Shown piece after piece: positions 29,701-64,000 of a stretch of 64,000 nt of DNA. Origin of the DNA: Schmidtea polychroa (lineage: Eukaryota); the NCBI GenBank assembly GCA_044892525.1, contig CM097885.1, positions 27,840,001 through 27,904,000 of the forward strand, given 5' to 3'. The notes beneath the pieces are model-generated. The model ran no database searches, was not told the DNA's origin, and saw only the letters and a list, made by a program, of their open reading frames with translations. Both the position numbers and the translations under genes were made by a program. Every line of letters starts with the position of its first letter. Position 1 is the first letter of the stretch.

Positions 29701-32309
29701 ATTTTATCATAAGCAAATAAAATATTAGAACTTTTTTCAATTTTCACTTCTGATTTCTTTTCAATTGACATTGTATTTATTTAAAAATTGACTAGGAATC
29801 AGTTTTTTTGATATTGACGAATTTTCACCACAGCCTTTTTCAAGTGATTTTGAAAGGAAAATATTGTCACAACCTTTTCCTTGAAGGTTTTTACTAAGAT
29901 CACTATGTTTTTCAAAAATATCTGTTAAATAAGCAAGAGTACAAAGTCACTGATCATTTTGAAAAAATTCTGCCAATAATGGATTTTCTATCATTAAAAA
30001 AGTTCTAACTTTATCGCTTAAATCAAAAAGTCTTCTCAACGATTTGCCTTTAGACAGGTACCTCACTTCAGTATGGTTTAAAGGTTTGACAAATTGAGAA
30101 TTTAAATTTTGGCAAAGTTTTGCAAACAGTCTGCTGTTCAACGCTCGATAAAATTAATAACTGTTACAGCATCTTGTTGAACTTTGTCGAAATCTGATGA
30201 TGATTTTTTCGAAGCTTTGTGAACTATGCAATGAGTAAATTTAATGTATGATCGGCTATTAAATTTCTTTATGAGGCCTAATAAACCTTTATTTTTCCCG
30301 TCAGACGCCAACACAATTACGCTACTTTAAATAATGAGCTATAAAAATCAATTATTTTTAAAAATATTTTTACCTATAGTTTTTTCTTCGAGAGGCTGGC
30401 AAAATTGTAAATCTTCAACTACTTTTTTCTTTAAATAATACCGCACATACAAAAGAAGTTGTGCAAAATTTGTAACATCAGTTGTTTCATCAAGTTGAAT
30501 AGCAAATTTTGGACTTTTCTGAATTCTGTCTAACAGCGGTAGAAATAAATCTGTATTTATTTCACTCATGCACTTGGTAATGGTATCATTTGAAAGAGGG
30601 ATAAGATTTATTTTGTTAGAAAGCATTAGAAAGCATTTACCAAGCACTCCTTGATTGCTACTGGCTTTATAAGCATTTCACCAACTGAATAAGGCTTTTT
30701 GTCTTTGCTAATTAGGTATAATACTTCCAAAGATGCTCGTAATAGTTTAGAATGATATTGAATGTTACTACTCAATGATTTTTGTGAATTTAATTCATTT
30801 CTTTTTCTTTTAAATAATTCAAATAGTTTGTCTTGATATTGCTCATGCTTTGTTGTCATATGTTGTTTTTCACTTGGCTGGTTTCATACTCTTTGCTAAG
30901 ACTTCATAGCATATAATACACTGTGGTCGTTGCTTACAATTAATAATGCAACTGGAAAATTCATATTCCATATGTTTTTCCTTGCATTTTATTTTTTTCC
31001 CATTAACGAAAATTACACAATCAATGATTTAAACAAAAATTTATAAAAATTTATGGGATATCGACAAAATCTAGATCAATCAGAATTAATTATTTTTTTC
31101 GTGATTTTGGAAAATTGTTTGTGCTGAAAACTACACCGGGACAAATATTCTCAATGTCATGGTGGGAATTTTGAAAGAATTTGTCATATTGTATTTCAAA
31201 TTATATGATAAACTACCTTTTTCATTAAATTTGTGAAGCGGAAAATATCTAGAATTGAATAGATAACAGCACAGATTACCCAAATGTATCAATAGTAACG
31301 AGCTTCGTGATGTTTGCTTCATTTATTTTTGTTTTTGCAAATAATTATTTGTTCAAATATTATGAAAATTTTATCATTGGTTTCTGATCGAGAGCATTTC
31401 CATTTGCTCACGATATCTATGCTAAATAGCCAATCATATTACTTCTAATTTCATTTAGATTATTATCAGTGGATGCCGTATTTCTTCTTATGTCTAGCCG
31501 GATTGGCCTGTTTACCGAATGCTATCTGGAATATTTTTCAGTCGTTTTATGTTATGGATATCAATCACATTTTATATGTCATAGATTTTTGGAACAGAAC
31601 CTTTAAAAATACTGACAACGCCTTACAATATATTTGTACGTGTTTTACGAATATCTGCAAATTTACCACAAAAAATCAAAAACCCGAAACTTTATTTGTC
31701 GATAAAAGCATTTTCATTTGTTATATTCTAATTAAGATCTTATGTCTTGCTAATTCTGTGTTAATTCTTTACCTCTTCCAAATAATGATTCAGGAAGAGT
31801 CTCTTCTGTTTGGATACGGTCTAGTGAAGAATCTTTTCAATCAAATTTCCTGGGAAAAGTCTGGTGTTTTCCCAAGAGTTATTAAATGCAATATCGGTTT
31901 TGAAATTTTTAATGAAGAAACTTTCGAAACTGTGCAATGTGTTCTGCCAGAGAATGCTGTGTATGAAAAAGTGGCAATTTCAATTTGGTTTTGGTTTGTT
32001 TTCTGTTGGATTATGATGGTTTATAGTGGAATAATGTGGACAAACTTTACCTACAAGGCTATAACTGGGAAATATTTAGAAAATCATTTAAATTCTTGTT
32101 GGAATGAAGAATTAGTTTTACAGTGTCTATATGTTGATCAGATAAGTTCTACGGATTTAGACATTGATAAAAATAGAAAATTGACACTCTTCAAACGCCG
32201 ATTTATGACAATGAATAATATTTTTTTATTGAAACTCATTGAAATAAATTTCGATGAAAGCTGCATGAGACAGATCCTTCTCCGACTTTGGAATGATTTT
32301 AAAGAATAA
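26726..32309 (+). CDS. Innexin (invertebrate gap-junction protein), 3 exons, 380 aa
   Basis: Exons 26726-26824, 26866-27058 and 31459-32309 (GT-AG, 1143 nt). Splicing rebuilds the signature NYYQWMP. Extracellular Cys pairs ISC...NKYC and FPRVIKC...QCVLP.N..YEK; four hydrophobic segments. The stop TAA overlaps AATAAA. Confidence 0.9.
27480..28270 (+). mobile_element. Mariner transposase remnant in innexin intron 2
   Basis: YENEAPYRANIYNWIREF (HTH), HPPYNSDLTP (cf. HPPYSPDLAP) and LWVKCLEAGGYIEK (cf. RWEKC...GDYVEK). Heavily decayed. Confidence 0.75.
29083..29600 (-). mobile_element. Truncated LTR fragment, family B
   Basis: TGTTGGGTTATTGAGTTGGTGA...TTACTCTGACTCCAAGCGTGT matches the end of the 33198-34129 LTR. 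Right boundary approximate. Confidence 0.55.
29810..31000 (-). mobile_element. hAT (Charlie/Buster, ZBED8/SCAND3-like) transposase remnant
   Basis: RPQCIICYEVL, KDKKPYSVGE.LIKP, IPLSNDTI, FAIQLDETTDVTNFAQLLLYVRY, HTEVRYLSKGK.L.RLF. Several frameshifts. Confidence 0.9.
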
Positions 32310-33197
32310 ATTTATTCAGTATTTTGTTTTGTATGAGAAACCATTGAATCTGCAATAATGATTGACACGGTTCAATGATTATTTCGTGTGCGATCACTCA
32401 TTATACATTTTTAAAGCATTAGAAAATTACTGAATTAAACTTTACATATGAAAGCTATAACTTAAATCTTTCAACAAAACAATTATATAGAATCCTTTTC
32501 TCTATTGAAATAATTGTTATTTCATATTTACGCCTTGACTAAACAAATATGTGGTAAAAAGGAATTATTTCAAAAAGGATGACTATATCATATATAAGGT
32601 GTTTTGCCCTTGTGAATATATGATATTTATTATCTTTTTTTGATGTTATTCCCATATATTGGTTGTTGTAACAGGATGAGGTCGAAATAAAAATAACAAT
32701 AAAATAACAATTTGACATTTAAATTAACATTAACAGGGAAAATAAAGCATAGCTGTATGGTAAAATTTTATTTATTAAAAATTATTAATTAACACAATTT
32801 TAATCCAAACTACAACTTGCATCATACTGCTGACCCAAAAGGGTTGACTTATTCACAATCTCTAAGATGGTCGAGTCATTAATGACAGCTGTTCGTTCTC
32901 AATACGTCAAATGACTTTTGTGTTTCTGTCACTTCACCCATGAGAACTGCGGTTGATCCACAAGAAGATCTACACTATTTTTTGCATGAATTTTCTTTAT
33001 ATAAGACTTATTCGAATAGACTCAAAGCACACGGGCCTTGTTTTTCCTTCATTTTTGTTTTTATCAATAAAACTTAAGCATAACATCAGTTTAAACATAC
33101 AAATTTGATGATCGGTGAGCAAAAATTCTTGTTAAGTAGGATTATACTGGATTTGCTCTAATAATTTACTTAATCGTTTGGTTTGACTCGTTATTAC

Positions 33198-34129
33198 TGA
33201 TGGATTATAGAGTTGGTGACAATATTTGTAAATTCAAACTTTTACTCTGACTCCAAAGCGTGTTTATTAATTCACAATTCAACACTCTCGAACACAATAA
33301 GCTTTATTAATATCCACACGGAATAGTACAAACTTCAATTACAACCAATTTATCACACAGAACTTATTTCGACACTACGTGAAGAATAGCCCTTTCTGTA
33401 ACCACAACAATAATCACTAGCCGTCAACTACTCAATTACAGAATGCGTTGATCGATTGTTCTACTTGCTTTGACCACACAATTTATTTGCTCCACTTTTA
33501 CTTTATATTCAATTTTATAAAAGATTCTTATCACTTCTCTTTTCACTCTGTTTTGATTCTCCTTTTTGACTCTTCCGTCTCTAATTTTACTCTACTTTTT
33601 GTCTCTAATTTCGTTTCGGTTTGTTCTCAATTTCGTTCTGTTTTCGTTCTACTTTTCGTTCCAATTTTGTTCTAAATCTGTTCTAAATTTGTTCTGATTT
33701 CTCGTCCACCAGTTTTCCTTTATATAGTTGTTTTGTTTATGGCACTGGCGACAGATTTTGTTTTTCTATTTCCATTTTCTTCTGTGTTCCCCTATGTCAG
33801 CCTTATCTCTGACAGATGTCGAGATATTTTTCCTTTTTCCCTTTTTTGTTTGACCGCCTTCTTCCAGCAATTACGTTATCACTGTTGTTTTCCTTTTTCC
33901 CTGATTTCAAAATTCCTTTTCCTTTTTGTACTAATTAATTTGTACTGACCTTGACTTTTATTTTCATGTTTGATTCCTTTTATTTCCTTTATCTTTCTCA
34001 TTTTTAATTTCTTTTTACTTCCGTTTTCTTTTCTACGTTCCCATAGATCGTCCCGTTTGTCATGACGATCTTCCCCCCAGGTAATTTTATTTATTTATTA
34101 ATAAATTGTTTATTTAGGTATCCTCAACA
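33198..34129 (-). mobile_element. Solo LTR, family B
   Basis: TTAC|TGATGG...GGTATCCTCAACA|TTAC: TG/CA ends and a 4-bp TSD. Termini homologous to 13611-14325 and 29083. Confidence 0.8.
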
Positions 34130-34132
34130 TTA

Positions 34133-34328
34133 CCGTATTTTCAGCATATAGCCCACATACTTAGATAACCCGCACTCTCAAAAACCCGCGGGTTTTTAAG
34201 TTTTGTGTAAAAATTAACCAATATAGTAAATTAACCAATACGCATAAAAAAGGTTTGATAAAACCCGCCCTCCCTGTGTGGTCTGTAAAATTCGGTATAA
34301 CCCACGGGTAATATGCGGGAAAATACGG
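34133..34328. mobile_element. Tc1/mariner-superfamily (pogo-like) MITE
   Basis: TA|CCGTATTTTCAGCATATAGCCC ... GGGTAATATGCGGGAAAATACGG|TA: TIRs with TA TSD. Confidence 0.8.
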
Positions 34329-36789
34329 TATATTTTTTATTTTAGATAATATCCGATGTTTTTAGTATCGTTTTTTGTAGTGAATATAGTGAGTGTTATC
34401 ACGACACCGACCGCAGAAGGCTCATTTAGTGAAAACTAGATTGTAGAGTGTCATAAACCTTTCCGATGTTAATGTAATCTTCAAGAAAAGAATTAAAACT
34501 CTCAAACCACCGCGGTGCCTGAATTGTTGATATTTTTTTATTAATTTTTTGTATAAATTTTTTGAAATTTTTTGTTTTAATTTTATTTGATGCATTATTT
34601 GAATAAAGTCTTCGTCTGTTTGATTCATCTTTGTTATTTATGATTTATTCCAATTTTTTTAAACCATTCCAAGCTAAATTTATTGATGGATAACAGATTT
34701 ATGATTTTATTTGAAAAAAGTTCGAAAATTAATACAAACCTGAAACTGATTATTACATAAACTCTCATATTAATGTATTTTTAATGAAAAAACTAACTAA
34801 TGTAGCTATTCTATTATTTCAAATGGTCACTTTAAATGACTAAACTTAAAATGATTTACTATTATTGGAAGTGTTTTCGATAGACCTGTGTTGAACTAGA
34901 ACTGATTTCTAGACCCACATGTTAGAATAGTGATGAAATGTGTCGGTACACAACACACATACCCACCATTAAGTTTACTTAAATTAAAACATATAAAAAC
35001 ACCAAGTAAACAATGATAATAGAGAGATCAATACCCAAAAATTAAAAACATCCAAATAATAATAAATTAAAACTCTAGCAAGAATTGCACAAAAATCTAC
35101 TTAAATATAATCGAAAAACATAAAACAACAAAAACAAATTCGAATAAAGGTGATTAGTAAAAAGTAAAAAGAAAATTAAAGAAAATTCCCATAAAAACCT
35201 TACGTAAAGAAAATTATATAAAAATTTTGAATAAAAACTCAGAACAATCCATAATAAATGGCGAAATCCATCGTGGCCACCAAACGATCTATTTAGATTT
35301 ACAAAAATAAAATTTTTTAGTTTAAAATACAAATTTTTGAAAAGAATTAAAAGAAAAGAATTAAAAAATAAGAATTAGAGTAAATTTAATATGAAATGTT
35401 CTGGAAATGCCCATATCCATCATGGAGGTAAATTTAATAAAAAATAATTCAAAAATAAAATTTTAAAAATAAAAACAAAAATTATTGCACAAGAATCGCC
35501 ATCAAAATTGAAAAAAATTACGAATCGAATGTTCTAGAATTAAAATAATTCGAATTTGTTTTACTGCATCAGTAAATGCACACATAATTGCACACCAAAA
35601 ATGAGTATATATACCGACGCATTTCAGTCACAAGTCATACTCTTTTGCCAAATTTATTTTGTGTAATTTTTGGAAGAATTCGAAAAGTAAGGAACTTTCA
35701 TCAATATGTGTTATCATGTTTAAAATTTTTTGGTCTTTGTTTTTCATCAATGATCTAGAGGAATTGACTGACATTCCCGTTGTTGACAATTTCAACCAAC
35801 CCGGCATCTATTCAGTGATATCAGGTCCACAAAAAAACATAATGATTATTAATCTGGAGTGGCAATTGACTGCGCTGTGTATACGGGGAACCTGAGAGTA
35901 CCTGGTTCAGTCCCACAGAAATGAACAAGCGCATTAGGTCGATATAGCAACTACAAGTCTAGGTTGCTCAAGATCAGGTAGAGATAAAGGCACTTCGGTT
36001 GCGAGTCCGTCATCTGGAGATACAAGAAAATCAATCCATAATCGATTGAACAGTGGCCAATCAATTCAGACCGATGGTGACCGAGATGTCGGAAATCGCC
36101 AAACGGTGAAAGGGCATTCTTAAACGAAAACGTCTCGGCAAAACCGATGTGACCTCGGCTCAATTGTGTGATTGCGTGATGATTATCCTGAGTAAATAAA
36201 TCTGTTTGTGTATTTGAGAAAATCTTCGTGTCATTTATCAAAAAAGAGATTTTACTGCGAGTTAGATGGGGAATTAGTAAGAACCTAAACGAAAGTCGGA
36301 CACAGGCCTTCTATTGACAGTGCGAGTGCCTGATAATTATAATGTACAGTGGTATGCTCACTTTTTGCTGGTACTCACCCTCTTGATACATTACCAGCGT
36401 TGATCACTCAACGGGTATCAAGAGGTAACCCATCATTGTATTCTGAGTTACGCTGGAAACAGCATGACAAGGTAAAATGTATGCTTACCTAGAACCCACC
36501 ACCTGCAATTCAATAACAACAAACTGATATTGTTTTCATGAACCCCAGGCAAGTAACACCAAACCTTGAGTCATTTTATCAGTAAAATAGACACCTAGAG
36601 TGTAAAATAAACTGGTCTGAAGCTTACTTCAAAATGTATATGACTTTATGGACGGTCCTTCTGTACACCTAGTCCTCATACAACAAGATTTAATGTGAAG
36701 GTTTTCATAGAAGGTTTTTAAAGAATAATCGATTAACCTCTTAGTATTATGTATTGTTAAACAAAAACTAAAATAATATCTCTACAATA

Positions 36790-38065
36790 TATCATAATAC
36801 AGATGCTCAATTCTTCGATTGCTATCGTGTCATAGAGTGCTGAAAGGATTCTATTTATTAAGAAAAGAAATCATTTTATTTTTGAGGATTAAAGGCAAAA
36901 ATACGGATGAAATAAAGAATGAAAGTTGAGTTTAGGATCTAGCATTCGGTGTGGACATTACTGCACATTTAAGTGATCTTAATTTGAAATTAAAAGGCAA
37001 AAACAAACTCATCATTCAATTGTACGATGATATAAAATGCTTCATTGCAAAACTAAACTTATGGAAAACACAGTTGTCACGAGAAAATTTGGTTCATTTG
37101 CCAAACTGCAAAGAACTCAAAAACAATATCTATACTGAATCCATATTTACCTTTCCTAAATACGAGAGTCACATGGGTTTGTTGTTGGAAGAGTTTCAGA
37201 ATAGATTTAGTGATTTCTCATCTTCAGATCAACAATTTTCATTATTATCAGCAACATGCAACTTTGAAGTTGTAAAAGCAAAAGAAAACTTGCATAAGGA
37301 ATTAATTGATATATAATCAGATTCTACACTCAAAGCTAATTATCTAGAAGTGGGGACATGCGCGTACGCAGGGGGCGGGGGGAGCGGTGTTAGTGGGGGC
37401 TTAATCCCCCCCCCCCCCCATGATTCCAACAACAATATACAAAACTATAATTAATAAATATATAAACTTAAAACAACTTAAAAAATATTCCGAATGCCGA
37501 TATATAAAATAACCCCCACCCTCTATATATAAAAATAATATATAAACCCCCCATGGATTCATCCTGCGTACGCGCCTGAGTGGGGATTCATAATTTTTTG
37601 ATTTTTCATACATCCGCTAAAGTTAACCGAACTTGAATAACTGCCGGTAAAAATTATGGAAACGTTCGGTTCCAGTTATTTTCATTTAAGAAATTAACCA
37701 AAACATCCCAAAGAACAAAGCTTAATGATAAACATTTGTTATCCTTAATGAAGGTGGGAACAACAAATGCATTTAAGCCGAATATAAAAACAATTGTTAT
37801 GAAAAGAGGTATCAAACCTCAGGGCAAAAATAATTGTATTTGTAATAAATAAATTGATTTTTTTTGATAATGTAAATTATTAATTTTTTTCATCCCATCC
37901 TTCAAAATTTCAATCTGAATTATTATATTTAGCGTTATGAGGCAATAACTGAATGTAGCCGTTTTAGTATGTTTGCAAATTAATTAAATCTAATACAAAA
38001 TGTTACAATGCTTCTTAAAGTTTTTTTATGTGACCCTTGGTGACTTTTGAGTTTGACACCTCTGT
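36790..38065 (+). mobile_element. hAT (GTF2IRD2/SPIN-Buster-like) transposase remnant with 3' end
   Basis: DLAFGVDITAHLSDLNLKLKGKN, FIAKLNLWK.QL, EEFQNRFSDF, later FGSSY. Terminus GAGTTTGACACCTCTG at ~38050-38065. Confidence 0.85.
37357..37578. mobile_element. hAT-type MITE nested in the hAT transposase remnant
   Basis: AGTGGGGA|CATGCGCGTACGCAGG ... CCTGCGTACGCGCCTG|AGTGGGGA: 16-bp TIR (1 mismatch) and perfect 8-bp TSD. Confidence 0.92.
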
Positions 38066-38819
38066 ATTACACAATTAAATTCCACCATTATATTATTTTT
38101 TTTTAAACACATTTATTTAGAAACATTAGCAAAAATTTTATACAGTATGTAGTAATTTCATCTATCAAACTATTTTTTTCAAAAATAAAAATAAAATAAA
38201 TCTTTAGTGAATATTATTTATGTAATACAAAACCAATACTTTAAATTTATATAGTGTAGTAAAAATTCACTGAAATAATTATCAAGAGTTTAACTCTTGA
38301 TTAATTCGCAAAGTAGCACACTAGCCGAAGAGATACTAGTAACCAAAATGAACTAATAGTTTCAGTCTGTTCTTTATATATCTTTCAAATAATTTCATTA
38401 AAATTAAACTAATTATAGAAAAGAATAAGAAATGAATCTTTATTGAAATTGAGTCAAAAATATTTTTATTTCATATCATTCGTGTAATACAAATTAAAAT
38501 TTTTTAAATATCAATTAGAGTTTACTTTTAACATTTATTTATTCCTAAAATTACATAAGTATATTCAGATTGTTTATTATAATTATAATAAAAACTGTAG
38601 TTTTAATGTTCTAAGATAATCTATTTGACCTTCTTAAAAAATTAGTTATTTAAAATATATTTGATATATCTTTATTCAATTTTAAATTTTATATGCCTCT
38701 TTTTACAAACTAGTAAACAAATTGGAATTTCTATAAATCAATTTGATTTGGAAGGATTTTGATTAATCAATATAGATATTTTTTATACTTGATTTTTATT
38801 GATCATTTTTAATATTAAG

Positions 38820-61038
<22,219 letters not shown>

Positions 61039-61439
61039 GTATTTACATTCAAATTGATATTATAATGCTCTATTTAAGATATTTTTTACATGTTATTTAT
61101 ATTAAGTTTTCTTAATTCAATGTCTCTTAACTAAAAAATTGAGCTCATCATAAAATAAAAAAGTCTAAAAATTGTTTTCGTTGTAATTTCATTTATTTAT
61201 TGTAATATTGTATTTATTAAAAAAATTGACTACGAATCAGTAAAGATATCGATGTTTTTTTGTTTATTTCTTTACTGATTCATAGTCAAATTTTTTAATA
61301 AATACAATGCCAATTGAAAAGAAATCAGAAGTGAAAATTGAAAGAAGTTCTTTTAGTACTATTGCAATATTACAAGACAAATCGAACATTTTACAAATCT
61401 TAATAGTATTCATAATGTTTGATTGTTTTTCTGTATATT

Positions 61440-62000
61440 TTTGACCGATGATCCAAATTATCAACTGGAACGGAACACAATTACGAAATAATTACACCAT
61501 AAAGTAGAAAATGCAGGATATATCATTTCATTTAGCCGTTAAAAACTGGTATTCGTTTGACCAAAACGAAAGCATAACATTAACTCTGCTTTCAGCATAA
61601 ATAGGATATTCCAAGGTAAAGAAAAGTTTGTTACTTTTTATGCTGTGGTCGTACTTCTTCAAAATCTCCTGACAACATTGCACATGAATGAAATGATCTT
61701 CCTTACTGAGCAATTACATCTTTGTTGGTTTCCCCGACTTGCAACCGATTACTTAGAGGAGTGTGTTAAAGGGAATCTGAAGTGACTCTTATTGTTCATA
61801 AGGACGTCCACATTGAAGAAAATCAAGAATGTAGCTCATTTGAAAAAAATTTTCTTTCTATGGCTGTTTCTAGTATCTGAGACTCTCCTTAAAATTTTCT
61901 CTAAATTTCTTCTTTACAATCTTGACTACTGCTACACCATTGTCATAATCATAGTATTACAATGACGCCATTAATCGTTATCCCACTAAGCAATTGCTGG
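61440..62000 (-). mobile_element. Possible Tc1/mariner-superfamily remnant
   Basis: Fragments LSKEDHFIHVQCCQEIL and WSNEYQF loosely resemble L...D...R..FC and FSDE..F of DD34E elements. Weak. Confidence 0.35.
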
Positions 62001-62365
62001 TATCTGTCATTTCACAAAAATATTAATGCTCGAATTATTATAAACACATGATATAACCGTTGTATTTAAGTAACAAGAAATTATATAAATTAAAAATACT
62101 TCTATTCATTCATTAAACATTGTTAGTCAGACTTTATTCAACACATAGGCACTTATGATCTACTCTATATAATTATCTGAAGGATCATAATCCAGATTAT
62201 ATTGGGGTTGGGTAAAGCGGTCAGGTTTTACTCTATTTTACATTATAAAGGTTTTATAGTCGGTGATTGATCACCGTATAATTTTACACCAATTTCTAAG
62301 ACCGAATAGTAGATGGTTATGAACCCGCTAACTCACATACCCCCTCCCCCCCGGTCTGAAAAATT

Positions 62366-62750
62366 TTATTTTTTAGAACGATGCCTCATATTTTTAGAAC
62401 TATTACGTAATCGATGCCTCATATTTTTAGAACGGCGCCACATATTTTTAGAACTATTACATAATCGATGCCTCATATTTTTAGAACGATGCCTCATATT
62501 TTTAGAATGATGCCACATATTTTTAGAACTATTACATAATCGATGCCTCATATTTTTAGAACGATGCCTCAATCGATGCCACATATTTTTAGAACGACGC
62601 CTCATATTTTTAGAACGATGCCTCATATTTTTAGAACGATGACTCAATCGATGCCTCATATTTTTAGAACGATGACTCATCATATTTTTAGAACGATGCC
62701 TCAATTTTGCCTCATATTTTTAGAACGATGACTCATTCGATGACTCATAA
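62366..62750. repeat. Minisatellite of a 21-bp core with 12-bp insert variants
   Basis: TTTTTAGAACGATGCCTCATA repeated ~14 times, some copies carrying TATTACATAATC or TCAATCGATG inserts. Confidence 0.92.
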
Positions 62751-63440
62751 ATTATTATTATTTTTAAAAATATTATTAAGTGATCCAGAGGGCCCCTACT
62801 GTAAATATATATTTGTGTTAGTGAAAACATTAATTAATTTGGTTATAGTGCCAATGACGCATGTATTTTGTAATGTATTTTTATACGTTTCGAATGTGCT
62901 GGTAGTTGACTACCCATGCTAGGCGTAATGTTCCGTACGGAGAACTATAATGCCCAGGTTCTTCTGACCCCACTTGGGGAGGCACAGACGACCCTTGTGG
63001 ACGCAGATATTTGGTCACTGCTGATTAGGCCTGGCAATACTAAATGCATAAACTTTGCCTTGTCCTCTCTTGTCTTGATTTTTATCGTTTAAATATTATT
63101 AAAAATAGTCTGTGTGATAAGTTTTATTTACTAACCTTAATAAACCATAATATGCTTTAAGATCGAAAACCCTTGCGACATATTGAGTGTGAGTAGTACC
63201 CTTGTGACCATTACCCATATGAGCAATACCCATAGGGGTACAGAATATTTTGTCGGATAAACTCTGACTATATACACCCATGTTAAACAAGGTATGTGTA
63301 TATAGAATGTGTGTAAAATTGTAAATTATCGCTCCTTATTGACAATTTCCTGTAAAGGCAAACACAGAATACTGCAAACATATAATAATTCTCTACCCCA
63401 TAACTTAGTGTGTAAACCATATTTCAGGTTTTTGACTAAT

Positions 63441-63629
<189 letters not shown>

Positions 63630-64000
63630 GTTTAATGGGTTGTATATGTGTGTAGAAAATATTTTAGGTTTTCACTAATATTGATAACAATAATTGTTAA
63701 TGGGTTGTGTGTGTGTAAAAATATTTTATGTTTTTGACTAATATTTGCAATAATAATAATAATAATAATACTTTGAAATTGTATTTGAAAATAATTTGCG
63801 ACATGTTGATTGTGAGCAGTACCTTTGTGACCAATACCCATAGAGGGACAGAATATGTTGTCGGATAAACTCGGAGTATATATAATAATAATCATAATAA
63901 TAATATTAATAATAATAATAATATTGATTAAAACTTTGAAAATAATTCTTTGAAAATAATACTTTGAACAATATTTGATGAAAAAGTTCCTGAAATAATC

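Noticed and set aside
36445..36478. GAGTTACGCTGGAAACAGCATGACAAGGTAAAAT matches the extended SpCas9 sgRNA repeat:anti-repeat scaffold at about 29/34 nt
   Set aside because: The GAAA fusion in sgRNA is synthetic, hairpin symmetry inflates the match, and similarity stops before the nexus. No Cas9, IscB, TnpB or Fanzor ORF is nearby. Treated as coincidence.
62313..62922. Repetitive ORFs (RHRSKNM / PHIFRTM)
   Set aside because: Products of a 21-bp minisatellite whose unit length is a multiple of 3.

Overview
Very AT-rich eukaryotic (metazoan) genomic DNA. Many introns are tiny (about 40-70 nt) and the rest are TE-filled kilobase introns. The composition, intron sizes and an innexin gene suggest an invertebrate such as a planarian flatworm (inference only). 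Three host genes could be spliced by hand. (1) A complete 22-exon CPSF1/CPSF160 on the minus strand (19163->2823, 1549 aa). (2) A complete 3-exon innexin (26726-32309, 380 aa). (3) The first 8 coding exons of an SLC5A sodium/solute symporter most like SLC5A3 (38820->61038+), which includes a GC-AG intron. The rest is mostly decayed transposons: the 5' end of a Ty3/Gypsy element with a tRNA-Trp PBS, solo and 3' LTRs of two families, Penelope RT, Tigger/pogo, mariner, Merlin, several hAT remnants, MITEs with intact TIR/TSD, and mini/microsatellites. The best unexplained items are a 4-exon antisense mini-gene nested in an SLC5A intron, a ~165-nt highly structured island at 36.3-36.5 kb next to a decayed orphan ORF, an orphan ORF upstream of a Gypsy PPT/3' LTR, a conserved LTR-terminal stem-loop, and a dispersed fold-back element. 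I cannot demonstrate a new biological system from sequence alone.
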